Assembly: GCA_023391105.1 (NCBI GenBank)
Contig: JAEWBO010000023.1
Span: forward strand, 19,640 to 83,639
From: Bacillota bacterium
GTDB lineage: Bacteria > Bacillota > Clostridia > Christensenellales > SZUA-584
Direction: 5' to 3'
DNA: 64,000 bases
Shown: in pieces, positions 63,747 through 64,000 of the stretch
Position numbering within the stretch: the first letter of the stretch is position 1
How the letters are laid out: every line of letters starts with the position of its first letter
Made by a program: the position numbers and the translations under genes
The notes under the pieces: generated by a model
The model's input: only the letters and a program-made list of their open reading frames with translations
Database searches by the model: none
What the model was told of the DNA's origin: nothing

Positions 63747-64000
63747 CTTCTTCCCCTTCGTCTTCAAAGATTCATCACAAAATGCCCCTAAAAAATAAAA
63801 AACAGCCAAAGACAAAGGTCTTGCAGCCGAACGATCATATTCTTGCCGAACTTAGATTTCGAGCTTTGCGTCCCCGTTTTTCATACGGGTTTGCCAACTT
63901 GGCCGACAATCAAAATATCTCGTAATAAAAGGCTTATCCCTCATGAGACAGCCCGTGTTACCTTTGTTGTCATACTCATCCGTCTATAAACATTTGGCCG

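Overview
This window reads as chromosomal DNA from a Clostridia-like anaerobe, inferred from gene content, lipoprotein signals and GGAGG-type RBSs. I support about 60 protein genes, one tRNA and one clear mobile element. Ordinary genes in 1-17.4 kb include a short alaS, a vWA lipoprotein, bioB, a LysM/CAP protein, GntR and TetR regulators, aspartate kinase, DUF1015, an S9 peptidase and CapA. An intact tRNA-Pro(GGG) sits at 17495-17571, and its 3' 46 nt recur at 29325-29370. These two copies bracket an ~11.8-kb, visibly AT-rich integrative mobilizable element. The element carries a tyrosine integrase, Xis, a circovirus-like HUH+P-loop Rep, an FtsK-like translocase and an XRE regulator. It also carries a fused nuclease-methylase plus S subunit (BcgI-like R-M). 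At its far end is a three-gene operon: a small 3-TM protein, a ThsB-like TIR protein and an unknown 217-aa protein. I consider that operon the best candidate for an undescribed defence system. A stem-loop between ftsK and rep displays AAGTATTAC, the CRESS-type nonanucleotide. Downstream chromosomal content includes a ten-gene minus-strand operon built around arsenosugar-type genes (ArsS radical SAM, TIGR04282/TIGR04283 transferases, MTAP-like phosphorylase). That operon has sulfur-handling partners and no arsM. Directly upstream lies a MarR-hgcA-hgcB mercury-methylation operon. The remainder holds MFS/MarR, putP, a maltodextrin utilisation operon (LacI, ABC transporter, malQ, glgP), an REC-GGDEF protein, crcB and a large repeat-rich surface protein. 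No rRNA or CRISPR array was seen. All functional calls rest on motifs read by eye, and no database search was run.
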